The position numbers and the translations under genes were made by a program. Below the pieces are notes generated by a model. The model did not search any database, was not told where the DNA came from, and saw only the letters and a list, made by a program, of their open reading frames with translations. 64,000 nt of DNA. Source: Vicugna vicugna (Eukaryota). The stretch covers positions 558,001 through 622,000 of the forward strand of contig MU058584.1 of assembly GCA_013265495.1 (NCBI GenBank), in the 5' to 3' direction. Below are positions 13,601 to 26,812 of this stretch, in pieces; the stretch's first letter is position 1, and each line of letters begins with the position of its first letter.

Positions 13601-14950
13601 TTTGTACCTGGCTGCCTTCACATCTTTAAAACCCCAGTTGGATTTCCAAAGGTCATGAGATGTGAGCCTCTGCTTTGTAGTGACCAGTAAGGACTGATCA
13701 AAGGGGTTCTTAAAGCTTGTCCCTCTGCGGTTAGACCTGGCATGTTAACTGTAAGTACAAGCATGTGTGATTTCTACGTTCCAAGGTGTGTGCAGAACCA
13801 ATGTTCTTGCTTAGAAGCCTGGAAAGCCCAGTCATCAAGTGGGGCAGGCCTTGCACGCAGGGGCCAGCATGGCCATGCAGGGAGCAGGTGGCACCAGTGG
13901 TGGGATAGGCAGCCCCTGCCAGGTGCGGGTTGGCCCTCCTAGCCACTTTCAAGTAAGTTTCCCCCAACAGGTTCTTAAACAGAATCTTCTAAAAGTAGGC
14001 TTTTCACTGTTGAAGGAAGGAGAGTCTGAAAGGTCCAGGGGCATCTGAGCTCACACGGCCACTTGTGAGAGAATCAGGTGCCATCTAGCCCCTTCTGCCT
14101 GCTAGATGGTAAGTGGGAAGAGCAGTTCTTTTACATGTGTATATTCACTCCGTAAAGCAAATAGTGTAGCTTGATTGCATATTCAAGTGCTCTTGATAAA
14201 ACATGCTACGGTGTCCTTTTACTATGAGTGGAAATACAGCCTTCACATGAAAGAGGAATAAAGGATGAATGGAAACGAAACCATTTAGCCCTGAGTGTGC
14301 CGATCTGGAACTCTTCCTCAACAACTTCCTCACAGCAGAAACCATCGTACTAGCTCAGCACAGAGATCATTGGTCCCAGTTCTTCTCTATTGCTCTGGGG
14401 GTGGAGAGGTGGTAGCTTTAGCCCCTTTGATGCTAACATACTTACCTAAAAGGCGATTCCCTTCATGTCTTCGTGTTTCTATTATTGATAAAGAAACCTA
14501 GCTTTTCCTAAGCTTCTATTTATTTTCTGTCTTAATTGCCTTTTGGTGCAGTGAATTCCGTATTCAGAATAAAATGTTTCTGGAGCACTTGGTATAAGGC
14601 AAGCACTGTGGGAGGTGCTGTCATGGATGTTAGCCATGCAGTTACTTCTTTGTGTGGCAGAGGAAAGGCTATAAAATTGATGACTCCATTTTTCAGTTCA
14701 AGTTACAGAGATGTTCTGTAGAAAAGCTGTGATAAAGGGAGGTGAGGAAGGAAATCAGAGGCCGAGGAGGTGGGAATTCATTTCTAACATACGGAAGTCA
14801 GGACCACTGACCCCTAAGTCTGCATTTTCTACTGGAATCAGATAGAGGGGCGGGTCAGTTGCTTCTCCTAGTAAATGTACTAAAATGTGAAAATGAAACA
14901 TGGAGAGTATGAATATTAAGCATTAAAATCAACCCATTTCCTTACAACTG

Positions 14951-15090
14951 TTTTGGGTTTTAGGGGTGTGGGAGGGTAATTAGATTTATTTATTTATTTA
15001 TTTACTCTTTAGAGGAAATACTGGGAATTGAACCCAGGACCTCATGCATGCTAAACATGCGCTCTATCACTTTGAGCAATACCCTCCCCC
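14951..15090 (-). mobile_element. tRNA-derived SINE, camelid Vic-1-like
   Basis: On -: gggggagggtattgctcaaagtgatagagcgcatg...gaggtcctgggttcaattcccag, with A and B boxes and a (TAAA)n tail. Homologous to the copy at 53253. Confidence 0.85.
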
Positions 15091-18019
15091 TCATTTTGGC
15101 TTTCAAATAGTTGGTTGCAGCTGGTGTATATGTGTCATACATTCATCCTTGATGAAGATGGCAGAATAGAGATCTGAGCTGGAGTCCGGGTTCTTCAGAA
15201 GCTCAGTCCTGAGTGTATCCCCTCATCCATTGTTGGCTGATGCATGAGAAATGCAGGTTCTCTGAAAAGTCATTTCCCACCAACTATGTCCTCTTATTTA
15301 AGTCTGAGTGTTTCCTTCCAAAGAGAAGTTTAGAAATCCTGTCCCCAACCCCTGTCTAATCCCATAGACTCAGGGACACTTGTTTGAGGACATTTCCAGT
15401 TTTAATATCATCTTAAAAGTCAGTTAAGGGAAGTGTCTGTGACTTACAGAGTTGGTGGAATTCGTAATGTGTCCTCCTTAGGAGAACCTGAGATTTTATA
15501 GCAGCAGATGTGGTAGTAAATTTGGAATTTTCTATATAACTGTATATTTTAAGGAGGGAAACTGGATTTGTACTCTAGGAGTGATAAAATTGGGGAAAGA
15601 CTAACTCAGTCTTTGCAGAACCTTTTTCAAATAGTATGATTTATCTGGGTTAATTTATGTAAGATGAGGAAGTAATGAAATTAAAATGCTTAATCTCTAC
15701 ATATCATTTGGACTTAACCATATTTTATTTCTAGACCCCTGAAATTTTTCCTTTTCTGCCTCTTGTAAAGATGCCGAAGAGCAACTTTTCCAAAAGTCAG
15801 GGAAGAAGGGAAAGGGGGAGGGCTCTGTGTAATGGACACTGACTATATTTGGTAGGCAGAATACAGCATCTCTAAGGTTTGGTAAACTGGTGATGAGCTT
15901 CGTTGTAAAAAAAATTAACCACAGGAAGTCTGCTCTCATTCTCATAAAGGGATTAAGCAACGACAATCTGGGGAGGCCTTGAGCGGAACCGAACCTTCTC
16001 CTTTTTCACCTGGGGATGGAGATTCCTGGCCCAGCCTCCTCACCAGGGCACAGTTTGATTGCCCAGAGAGATGTAAAAAGCTGTGGTGTGCTTGGCCTGC
16101 GCTGGATAGGGACCGTGCCCTCTAAATCATGCCTTTTTGTAGATTTTGGGAATGAGAAAGATGGGGACTTCTTGCTTACGACTGGTGCCTGCTGCTCCTC
16201 ATCTTCCAGTGCAGATAAAGCAGTGGTCTCTTAGGTCATACAAACTTGTGTGAGGAAGGGCCTATGCCTGACTTTCGGAAAACAGGGGGAAGTGAAGGTT
16301 GGACATAGAGGACAGAGGCTCTGATCCACCACCAGGTGGGGGATCCCACAGAAGTTACCCATCTCGTCCTACCTCAATTAACATTCTCGTCATCCAGACA
16401 CGTCAGGATGTTCCAGGTGAGAGATGTTAAGAACATCCCTGGAGTTCACACCATAGATTGAGAGAGATTTAACTCTTAAGACAGTCACTTCTGGGAAGTG
16501 GTCTGAGTTAAGGATCATCAGGAGGAATAGAAGTAGGCTGAGATTGAGGTAGGCATGGATGAGGGTTGGCCAAGATGCCTTTTTATACTAACATGAATAC
16601 TCTGGCCTGAGATAGAAAGCAGAAACATAGAAGTAATACTAGGCTTGAGAATAATAGTAAGGGTAGCAATTTGTGGAGTTAGACCAAGCAGAGAGTGGAT
16701 TAGAGCAGTAGTTCCACGCATGGGGTCCAAGGCCCCTAGGGGTTCACGAAGATAGCACTGGAGAAATATGAACTAATTGCAATATTAGGAAAAACATAAG
16801 TGAATCATACGTTTACCCACAACAAGGCCTTATAGGCTTATCGAAACATCGGACCCTGCCTTTGTATTTGTACCAGTTTGCTGTTGGGAAGCCCTGCTTG
16901 ACTGCTGATGTTACTGTGGGGGCTTTTTTAATATGGTGGGTGAGCTGTATCGTGTCACTAGGTGGGCACAGCTGACCTGACATCAGGTCATTCAAAGGGT
17001 GATTAATCTTAGACTCGAGGTGTAGGGTGCAGCCACAGTTAAATAAACTGTAGTCTGTGGTGATGGAATGGCTGGGGACCACGGGGGTAAAGGGAACACT
17101 GAGCTGAGCTTTCCTGGCCTGCGCTCTTAAACTCTGCAGAGCTCACGTGGAACTCAGTCTTTGAAAGAAAGTGAAAGTGGACTGATTATCAAGTTATAAT
17201 CGGTTATCCACTTTGGAGACCATGCCCTGGAAACCCTGCATGTGGTTATTCCTCGTGGCCTGTGTGGGTCACGTAAGACTCCGCTCAGGCACAGGCAGGC
17301 TCTTTTGTGCTCTTTCCTGCTGTTCTCACTGAGTTAGTTAGTGGAACACTGAGACCTAGGGTCAAGCTCAGTGCCTGGGCTTGGGCCGTTAAAGGGAGAG
17401 GTTAAATAGCAAAAACGGGAAGGAAGGAGGGAGCCAAAGAAGGGACCCACCCAAGTGAGTCTTTACAGCAAGACTAAAAAGCTCCCTTATATTTAGTTGG
17501 CTGCTGGGGGTGTTCTGGGGAACTTGGTCTCTGGGCTCCTGCTGGTTGTGCTGTTTAGACCATGGCTTCTCAGGCTCTTATCTCTGCAGCCTGTCTGCAG
17601 GAGCACCAGGGGAACCCACCATTTCCAACAGAAAAAAGAAGAAAAAAGCTGTTACTCTCAGTGTGATGAACCCATAGAACATTTGATAATGGTTGGCAAA
17701 GGGTTCTGAAGCATATCAACCATTGTTATTAAACTTGGGAGAAAGAATTGGGCTAAGTCCAGAATTGGGCTGTTTGCTATCTGCCTTTCAGTTCAGTGAT
17801 TGTTTCAGAACCATTGTGACAGTTTCTATATTCTGGCATATTTCAGGAAGGGAAAATGTCTTCTCATTCTTCTTTGTGAGCAACATTAGATTTTTCCACC
17901 TCTTTCCTTTGCTGGCTTCATAGGTTTCTCTTGCACATCCTCTCCCACCTTGGCCCTTCTTGTGCCCTTTTAGAGGGTCTCCCTGGCCTTCACTCCTTCC
18001 TTTCCTTTTTCCTTCCCAG

Positions 18020-18161
18020 AGCCAAGCTATGCGAATCGTCCGGACGGTGGGGCAAGCCTTCGAGGTCTGCCACAAGCTGAGCCTACAGCACACACAGCAG
18101 AACGCAGATGGCCAGGAGGACGGGGAGAGTGAGAGGAACAGCAACAGCTCGGGGGACCCAG
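18020..18161 (+). CDS. NOS1AP: NOS1AP coding exon (about exon 6)
   Basis: ttcccag|AGC acceptor, CAG|gtaggc donor. 142 nt encoding [47 protein letters not shown]. Phase 0 to 1. Confidence 0.96.
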
Positions 18162-18239
18162 GTAGGCACCACATCCTGTGGATGTGGGTGACCAAGCAGG
18201 TGGACGCATAGCGTGAGGTGGTGGATCATTCCACCAAGC

Positions 18240-20135
18240 CACAAGCAATCGGTCATGTGTTATTGTAATCGAATATTAAATATGTTTAAACTGTCAAACA
18301 AAGAAGCATTTAAACTGGGTCTCAGGAAACATATTTTAAAGGTAGAGCTGCTTATGCTACCAAATGTGACCGCAAAGAAAATTTCAATATAAAAGCACCT
18401 TCATTAAACAAATTAGAAAGAAGATAAACAATTATCTAAGTAGGTTTTTCCCCCCTATTTCTAAATTCTCTAGTTCTGTAAAGCCTCAAAGTGGACATTA
18501 TTCCAATATCTCCAATCTTTAAGTCTGTTTAAAAGTCAGGAATAAGGCAAAGGTGTCTCTTTTATCATCTCTATCATCTAAAAGTAAACATGGGGAAAAA
18601 TACGAGCATTTGAAAAGAGCAGGTAAAAAGTTAATATTATTTATGTTATTTTTTATGTGGAAAACTCATGAAAATAAACTGAAAGCTATTGTAAATCAGA
18701 GAATTTAGTTAAAGAGATGAGGTCCAATAAGTAAATATAGATAGCTATGATTTTTCTAGTCTAACAACAGTCAATGGGAAGTCATAGTAGGGGAAAAATC
18801 CATTAAAATAACAAAAAAGATAGAATGCCTGTGAATAATCAAAATAAAAATGGGTTTTATTTGAAGAATATTGTAAACAATTGAAAAGTTCTTGGTTGGG
18901 AAACCACAACATCATAAAAATATTATTTCTCCTTATATTAATCTATAAACTTAACACTACAAATTTTTAACAGCAAAGGAAGCACCTTAAGAAGCTAAAA
19001 ATATTCAAAACTTACGAGATACAGATAAAGCAGTGCTCAGAGGAAAATCAAAGTTTCAATTATCTACATTAATAGATGATTAATCAAGAAAATCAAGTTA
19101 AGCATTCAACTCTGGAAATCAGAAAACAGCAAAATAAGTCTCATACTGCAATAGGCAGTATGGCAAAGTGGTGAAGAGCAGAGACTCTTACATTCTAGCT
19201 GTACTGGTCACTGGCTCCGTGATTTGGGACAAGTTCCATAACCTCTCTGTGCCTTAATTTTCTCTTCTGGAAAAACAGGAATAGTAGTAGTGTCTGCCTC
19301 ATAGAATTACGGTGATGATTAGATGAGCAGATACATAAAATGCCAAGTCTGGTGCTGGGCACATGGTACACACCAAATACATATTAGCTATTATTATTTA
19401 AAAATATGAGAAAAAAACAAGAGTAGAAAAAATTCTGGAAAAGATGAGTGATGACAGAGGAGTGGCTTTCCAGATACAAAAACATATTATAAAGCTATAA
19501 TAGATAAAACTGTGCTGATACAAGTGCCTGAACAGATCAGAATAGAAAACTCAGAAATAAACCCAGACATATGTTAATATGGTGTGTAATGAAGGTAAGA
19601 ATCCCTATGGAGAAAAAATACAGGAATTATTAAATTTGAATGTTCGCATGCCTTTAACCCCCAAATTACCCTCAACATCCCTTCTAAGAATTTATCTTAA
19701 TGGTAAACCCATAGATGTGTGAAATGATGCATATATAAAGTTATGTAAGCAAAGAGTTTGTTATAAAGGCAAAAAATTGGAAATAGCAAGAAGGGATTTT
19801 AAATTATGGTTTCAAATAGTGGAATATTGTACAGCTTCTAAAAAAGAATGAGTTGGCTGTCTGAACTGATAAAGTCATCTCCAAGGTATTTTGTTGAGTT
19901 TAAAAAAAAAAAAACAAGGTGCAGCAGTGTGGATACTATGTACTACCAATTATATTGTATAAAAATATGTAAGTGTAGGTGTGTGTACATACACATATAT
20001 GACACATGAAAACACATGTGTACTTATCATGCATAGAACATCTCCAGAATGATACTGGTAAGATACTGGTAACTGTGGTTCATTCTGGGAAGAGGGACTA
20101 GATGGTGGTAGTGGGAGAAAGATTTACTTTTCCTT
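18240..20135 (+). mobile_element. Old fragmented L1M remnants interrupted by a MIR (about 19150-19400)
   Basis: A-rich degenerate L1 ORF2/3'UTR motifs: aagtcaggaataaggcaaagg, ttataaagctataatagataaaactgtg, atagaaaactcagaaataaacccagac. Confidence 0.65.
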
Positions 20136-21035
20136 ATACCAGACCTAAAACTGGCCATGTTGCTCAGCGAACAGAAGCTGATCTCACTTCTGAACTGGAG
20201 GATCTGCCCTCAGAGCTGCTAGCTGGAGAAGATTGATGCCTTTACATTGTTGACTCTTCTTTGGTCGTGCCCTGCTCCCTTGTTGCTGGAGAGTCACAGC
20301 TAAATGTCAAAGGCTTTCAAGCCCACAGTACCACTGGCAGCCAGGATGCACATATACAAAGAAATTCCAACCAAAAAGTAAAGGGCATTATCTCTGGTGA
20401 AGCCACTTATTCCTGGAGTGAAAGGGGTGGGACACAGGGAGGTTACCGAGAGGGTGAATTTTTGAACTTTGTTCTTATCACAGAACTCCTGTATGAGGAG
20501 CTTGATCCACATACCTAATCAGAACCTACTTCTCAGCTTTTTGCAAGAGGTCAGGGTGTATGGTTTGGCCTTTTGGAGAGAAGAGTTGTGTGGATAGCAT
20601 TTCACACAGACTGTTCTGCGGGGCAGGTCTTATTTCCCTCCTGCAGGGGGAGCTACACCTTCCTTCAGCTTCCAGCACCTGCAGGGATCTCCTGGGTGGG
20701 GAGGGTTGATATGATTTCCTGTGACACTAGGATGGAGTCTCTTTGGGAGTCAGTAGAGATTCCAGTAGGGATCCTTTCCTGTCCTTTCCTCTGTCGTGTC
20801 TTCCCTCACTCCTCCCCTAGCACCTTGAGCTCCTTCCTGCCCCTGGATGTATCATGTACTTTCTAAGATGTCAGAGCACTGAGTGTAGGCACCTTTTTAA
20901 GGAGGTCAAGCGTGGATTGGATGTGCTCTCTGTATATCATCGACATCCCTGCAGAGTCAGAGAAGTAGCAGGGGCTCACCTCAACTCATGTAAATGAGGA
21001 CGTGGCCTGTGGAGGGATGAAAATTGTATTAGGGA

Positions 21036-21036
<1 letters not shown>

Positions 21037-21068
<32 letters not shown>
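21037..21068. repeat. (AC)16 microsatellite
   Basis: Perfect dinucleotide run read directly. Confidence 0.95.
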
Positions 21069-21070
<2 letters not shown>

Positions 21071-21188
21071 ATTTTAAGGAACTGGTTCGTGTGATTGTGG
21101 AGGAGTGGCTAATTCGAAATCTGCAGTTAGGCTGGCAGAATGCAAACCCTGGAAAGAGTTGCAGTTCAAATTCAAAGGTGGTCTGCTG

Positions 21189-22561
21189 TTGAAAAAATTC
21201 AACATCCATTTATGATAAAAAAAAACTCTTACCAAAATGGGTGTAGAGGGAACATATCTCAACAGAATAAAAGCTGTTTATGACAAGCCTGTAGCCAGCA
21301 TAATACTCAATGGTGTAAAACTGAAAGCTTTCCACCTGAAATCTGGAACGACACAAAGATGCCCACTCTCGCCACTTCTATTCAACATAGTATTGGAAGC
21401 CCTGGCCACAGCAACCACACAGGGAAAAGAAATAAAAGGGATCCAGGTTGGAAAGGAAGAGGTAAAATTGTCACTGTATGCAGATGACATGGTACTATAT
21501 ATAGAAAACCCTAAAGATTCCACACAAAAACTACTAGAACTGATAAATGAACTCAGCAAGGTAGCAGGTTACAAGATTAACATACAGAAATCTGTTGCAT
21601 TTCTTTACACTAACAATGAAATACCAGAAAAAGAAAGTAAAAAAGCAATCCCTTTTAGGATTGCGTCAAAAAAATAAAATACTTAGGAATAAACCTGACC
21701 AAGGAGGTGAAAGACTTATATGCTGAGAACTATAAAACAATGATAAAGGAAATTAAAGAAGATTTAAAGAAATGAAAAGATGCTGCATGCTCTTAGATTG
21801 AAAGAATTAATATTGCTAAAATGGCCGTACTACCCAAAGCAATCTACAGATTTAATGCAATTCCTGTCAAATTACCCAGGATATTTTTCATGGAACTAGT
21901 ACAAATAATCTGAAAATTTACATGGAATCTGCTAATCCCAAACTCCTAGTTTATCCCTATCCATCTTTCCCCTTTGGTAGCCATAAGTTTGTTTTCTATG
22001 TCTGTGTGTCTGTTTCTGTTTTGTAAATAAGTTCATTTTTTTATCTTTTTTTTTTTTTTAGATTCTACATGTAAGTGATATCATATGATATTTGTCTTTC
22101 TCTTTCTGACTGACTTCTCTTATTATGATAATCTCTAGGACAAACTGCTAATATAAAATAGATAAACAAAGTCCTACAGTATAGCACAGGGAAATATGTT
22201 CAACATATTATAATAAAATATAATGAAAAAGAATATATATATGTAAAGCTGAGTCACTATACTGTACACTAGAAACTAACACAGCATTGTAAATCAGACA
22301 TACTTCAACAAAAAAAAAAAGAAAGAAAAAAATTTATATGGAATCACAAAAGACCCCAAATTGTCAAAACAACACTGAGGCAAAGGAACAAAGCTGGAGG
22401 CATAACCCTCCCAGACTTCAGATGATACTACAAAGCTGCAGTAATCAAAACAGCATGGTATTGGCACAAAACAGACATACGGATCAATGGAACAGAACTG
22501 AATCACTATGCTGTATACCAGAAATACAACATTGTAAATCAACTATATTTAAGAGAAAAAA
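21189..22561 (+). mobile_element. 5'-truncated, internally deleted L1 with RT fragment
   Basis: ORF 21237-21677 encodes L1 RT motifs ([38 protein letters not shown]). TSD AAAGGTGG(T/C)CTGCTG at 21174-21188 and 22562-22576, with poly(A). Confidence 0.92.
21930..22328 (+). mobile_element. Younger L1 3' end with 5' inversion, nested in the L1 above
   Basis: TSD AAAATTTA(C/T)ATGGAATC at 21913-21929 and 22329-22345. About 21930-22139 is antisense L1 and about 22140-22328 is sense 3'UTR + poly(A). Confidence 0.85.
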
Positions 22562-24469
22562 AAAGGTGGCCTGCTGGCAGAATTCCCTCTTCTTCCAGGG
22601 AAGTCAGTCTTCTTTTTTCTGTTAAGACCTTCAGCTCATTGGATGAAGCCCACCTACATTATGGAGGGTAATCGGCTTTACCCAGAGTGTGTACTGATTT
22701 AAATGTTACTCTCCTCTGAAAAATACTTTCACAGCAACACCTAGAATAACGTTTGGTCAAGTATCTGGACACCGTGGCCCAGCCAAGTTGGCAAACAAAA
22801 TTAACCATCACAGAAATGAAAAGACAGCATGGTGTGATGGAGAGCATGCTGGACCAGCAGACTAGAGGAGCAACTGAGAGCTTGAGTTCTGGTGCCTGAA
22901 CAGCTCAGTTTGGATCCCAACTCAGCTGCTTCTCAGCTGGGTGATCCTCAGCAAATTTGATAGCCTCTCTGGATCTTTCTTATCTGCCAGGTGTGAGATG
23001 ATGCATATAAATCAGCATCGTGCCTAGCACATGACATACTCTAAATACATGCTAGCAATTAGCTAGTTCTCCAGTTCAGAGTCTGAACTGCATGACCCCA
23101 TCTATGCAGTGAGGGGCAGTGGGCAAGAAGTCCCGTGATTTTATGGCAGGTCCACGTTGAATGACTAATCAGGTGCCCTCTGATTGTGCCGTGGTGCCAT
23201 TGCCATGAAGTGAAACCTACTCTGAGTATTATAAGCGCTTGGGATTCTACAGATCTGGGATGGGAAGTTTTTTCTTATCAAGGTAGACTGCTTACTTCCC
23301 AGCCCCATAGTCACTTTCTTTTTACGGCCCCACGTGCTTTCCTTTTTTCTGTAAATGCTTCCCCCCACCCCACCCCAGAAGCATTTATTGATTCCATTAG
23401 GATTTTTCTCAGGAAGAGGGCACCTTGAAGCTCTAGAGTAGAGCTGTTGGTTGGCAGGTTTTTTTTCTCCCTCTTTTAACAAGAATCTTGCTTCCACATT
23501 AGGGAGCTTTTCATTTAATGCAGTGTTTATTTTTCTGGTGGAGCCGCCCCAGTGATGTGCCGGCAGGCCCTTTGTTGTGCAGAGGAAACGTGTTTACTCT
23601 GAGGGAATCGGGAAGTGCAGAGGCTTTGCTGTCTCTTTGATGTCTCCTCAGCCCCTTCCCTTCTGGGTCTCGGCAGTGCTTTTAATGAAGGTCCTCACTT
23701 CCATGGTGTGTGCCGGCTCGCTCTCCCTCTCTCTGCCTGCCTGCCTGTCCTCTCTCGTTCTTCCCAGTGTTCCCTACCCCGGAGGAGATTTTCCCTTTGT
23801 ATCTTTTGGCAGCAGCTGTCCTAGGCCAGTCCCGGGGCTCAGAGCCAGATGGGGCCACTGCCCCTGCTCTGCTTGCCTTGCTTTGCCCTGTGCAGTTTCT
23901 TTGACTCCTGGAGAGGGTTTCCTGGGAGAGATCTCGTTCCCCTGGAGGCGTTCCTCTTCCCACGGCAGCAGGCAATCCAACGTGGGGAAGGGCTTGGAGC
24001 CCCTTGGAGAATAGAACTTCTTAAAAATAAAACTCTCACCATCTAGGCGGTGAGCCATGGATTCAGGAGTACTTGCTGTGTACCTGTTACATCTGCCGGA
24101 CCTGGACATCCGGCTCACTCAGAAGCAAGCACACCACCGACTTCCTGTCACTTCTGCGCTCCCACCACACCTGCTCCTCCATCTCATCCGGCCAGAACTG
24201 CCTGGTCCTTTGTTTCTTCTTAATTTCGGTTCCCTTCCTTCATTCAACACATATTCATCAAGTTTCCCCATGTGCCAGACTCGATTCTGTGGATACTGTG
24301 AACAAGGCAACAAGGTCCCTGCTGGCAAGGAGCTCACATTCAAAGCTGGGGTGGGGATGCAAGCAGATGACAAACAGGATCATTTTAGAGAATGTCAGTG
24401 CAATGAAGAGGATAGAGCAGGGTAGCTGGGACTACAAGTGGAAGCAGTGAGACTGTTGGGAGGCAAGGT

Positions 24470-24675
24470 GTTACCCTGGTTAAAAGCACTAAGCCTTTGA
24501 GCCCCAGCCCCAGCCTGCCTAGCTGTGTGCCTCAGTTTCTTCATCTGTCAAATGGGGATAATGATTATGCCTACCTCTTAGGATGGTTATGAAGATAAAT
24601 GAGTTAATACATGTAAATCCCTTAAACTAGTGCCTGGAACATAGTATTATTGAAGTTTAAGCTGTTACTATTGCA
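24470..24675 (+). mobile_element. MIR SINE
   Basis: tgtgcctcagtttcttcatctgtcaaatggggataatgattatgcctacct...agtgcctggaacatagta. Confidence 0.8.
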
Positions 24676-24999
24676 ATTATGAGGCAAAATTTGGTCATTT
24701 CAAGCACTTTTGGACTGAGCTGATAATCCTTTGTTCTTTTTTTCCCCAACCATTTTGTTTTTGAGGTATAATTGACATGTAAAAAGTTCTGCATTAATCT
24801 AGCGATACCTATCCATTTTAGCCCTGTGACAGTGGTCCGTTACCCATCTTTGGTCCCCAGACTTGGCCCCAGGGTACTTCACCATTCAGCAGTCCTTCTG
24901 CTTTCCCCATGTCCCTGCCTTCTGTTTTGGTGGATGATGTCCTTCTGTCCAAGATTAACCCTTTCATCTGCATCTGCCTTCCCTCTCACCTTGCCAGTT

Positions 25000-26410
25000 C
25001 CTGAACCCTGAACCATCAGCTGTCTCGCTCTCCTGATTCATTACCTAAACTTGCTACTGTGCTGACCTTTTTCCCCACTGCTGATAGATAAGGTCAAGTC
25101 TTTCCCATCTTAAAAAAAAATAAAAACAAAAAAAACCCTTCCTTGTCCCCGCATCTCCCTCTAACCTTATCGCTTTCCTTTTCTTCATAGTCAAGCTTCT
25201 TGTAAGACACATCTATACTCACTGCCTATGTTTTACCACACCCCTGCCATTAGCCCTTCCGCTTCCAGTGATTTGGTGTCTGCTGCCTTCCAGTCCTTCC
25301 TGAAACGGCCAGGCAAGGCCAATGAAGGGCCACCTAGTCAGCGAATTGAACCAGCCTTTCTCTGCAGTGTGCACCACTGGGAATGAAGCACCTCCCTTCC
25401 TGAGCTTCTGGGGCACCCCTCCCCTACTCTCTCCTTCTGTCTGTGCTAGCTGCTTTCCAGCATCCTTGGTAGGCTCCTCTTTTTGCCTACCCCTTAGGTA
25501 TAGGGGCTTCTCCTGGGTTTGGTACCTGGTGCCCTTTTTTGACTTCTCATGATTTTAATTAATGTTTCTCTCCAGGCTAGACCTTTTTCCTGAACTCTCC
25601 ACTTATGGATAATGGGTATCTCCAGTTGGCTCTTACAGACTCTGCAATTTCATTCTTGTATCCACAATCCTGCTTCTCTTGAATTTTCTCTGAAGGATGC
25701 CAGTCTCTACTCAGTTACCCAAGTCAGAATTTTAAAACTCATCCTAAATGTATTCTTCTCTCTCCCTCCTCTCACCCTCAATGGACAATTGGTCACCAAG
25801 TCCTATGATTTCTGCTCCCCGAAGATATTTCAGATTTGCCCCCTGTGCTCTGTTACTGCCATCTCCTGAGCTTAAGCCCTCGTGTCTTCAACCTAGAGGA
25901 CTGCTGTCTTGTCCAGCATGGATCTATTCTCCACATCATCTCTAAGGTGAAATTTGAGAGAATGAAAATCTTTTAGTATTACTCGCCTGCTTTCTGTCCT
26001 TCAAGATAAAATCTCAACTCTTTCTGGTCAGGCCCCTCCCTACAGAGTCATTTGCAGTGCCCCCACTGTGCTGTGGGTTCCCATGCCTCGGTGTCATTGC
26101 CTCTGCCTTGCTCTGCCTAGAATGCCTTCTATGGGCTCTCTGCCTGCTGTTTCACCTGCCTGAGTTGGCACTCCTTCCTCAGCTGTTGTTCTGCCCTCTA
26201 ACCTCCGCCTGACCTAGATGCTCCTCTTCTGTTGTCCCGCACCCTGGATCCCTCCCTTACAGATGACACAGCTTCATGCTGCATCTGTGGTTTATGTCTG
26301 TTTCCTCTCTCAGGATGGGGAAGCACCGAAAGCATGGATTCTGCTTATTCATCTTTATGTCCAGAATATTTCTTTCATATACAAGGTGCTTGTTAAGTAA
26401 ATGAATGAGA
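25000..26410 (+). mobile_element. L2 fragments
   Basis: Pyrimidine-rich L2 motifs (cagttacccaagtcagaa, gtcaccaagtcctatgattt), ending in aaatgaatga. Confidence 0.6.
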
Positions 26411-26812
26411 TCAGCTCATGTGTAGTTACTGTTCAATGTATCAGGTATAAACAGTTTAAATAAACAGTTTAGAAAACAGTGCTGTCCCTTACCCTCAAGC
26501 TTAGTCTTACCTCTCCCTATTATAATTTGGAATCCACCATGCCCAATTCCATAAGTTCCCTAGTTTTGCCAGAAGATTCTCATATCGTTTCTTGTTCCTT
26601 GGGCTTGTTGATGTCACAGAGTTCAAATACCAGATTTTCTTCCTTGTCTGATAGGACCTGAAGAAGACCATTTGCTGTGGATCCCTCCTCCAGGTCTTGT
26701 CTTACCTGGTGTGCTAGCAGACACATACTATAATAATATCCCTCCATCTAGCTGGCTCTGTCTGTCTACCTCAGCTTTACCCTTCCGGTTCTCACAGATC
26801 TGCTTCACTGTA

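Larger units (their letters stand above)
21025..22812 (-). mobile_element. MLT2 (ERVL) solo LTR split by an L1 insertion
   Basis: Right end on - reads tgtgatggttaattttgtttgccaacttggctgggccacgg, typical of MLT2 starts. The two halves 21025-21188 and 22562-22812 join across the TSD. Confidence 0.8.

Noticed and set aside
21237..21677. Reverse transcriptase ORF as a novel RT system
   Set aside because: It is an ordinary truncated L1 ORF2 fragment with downstream stops.
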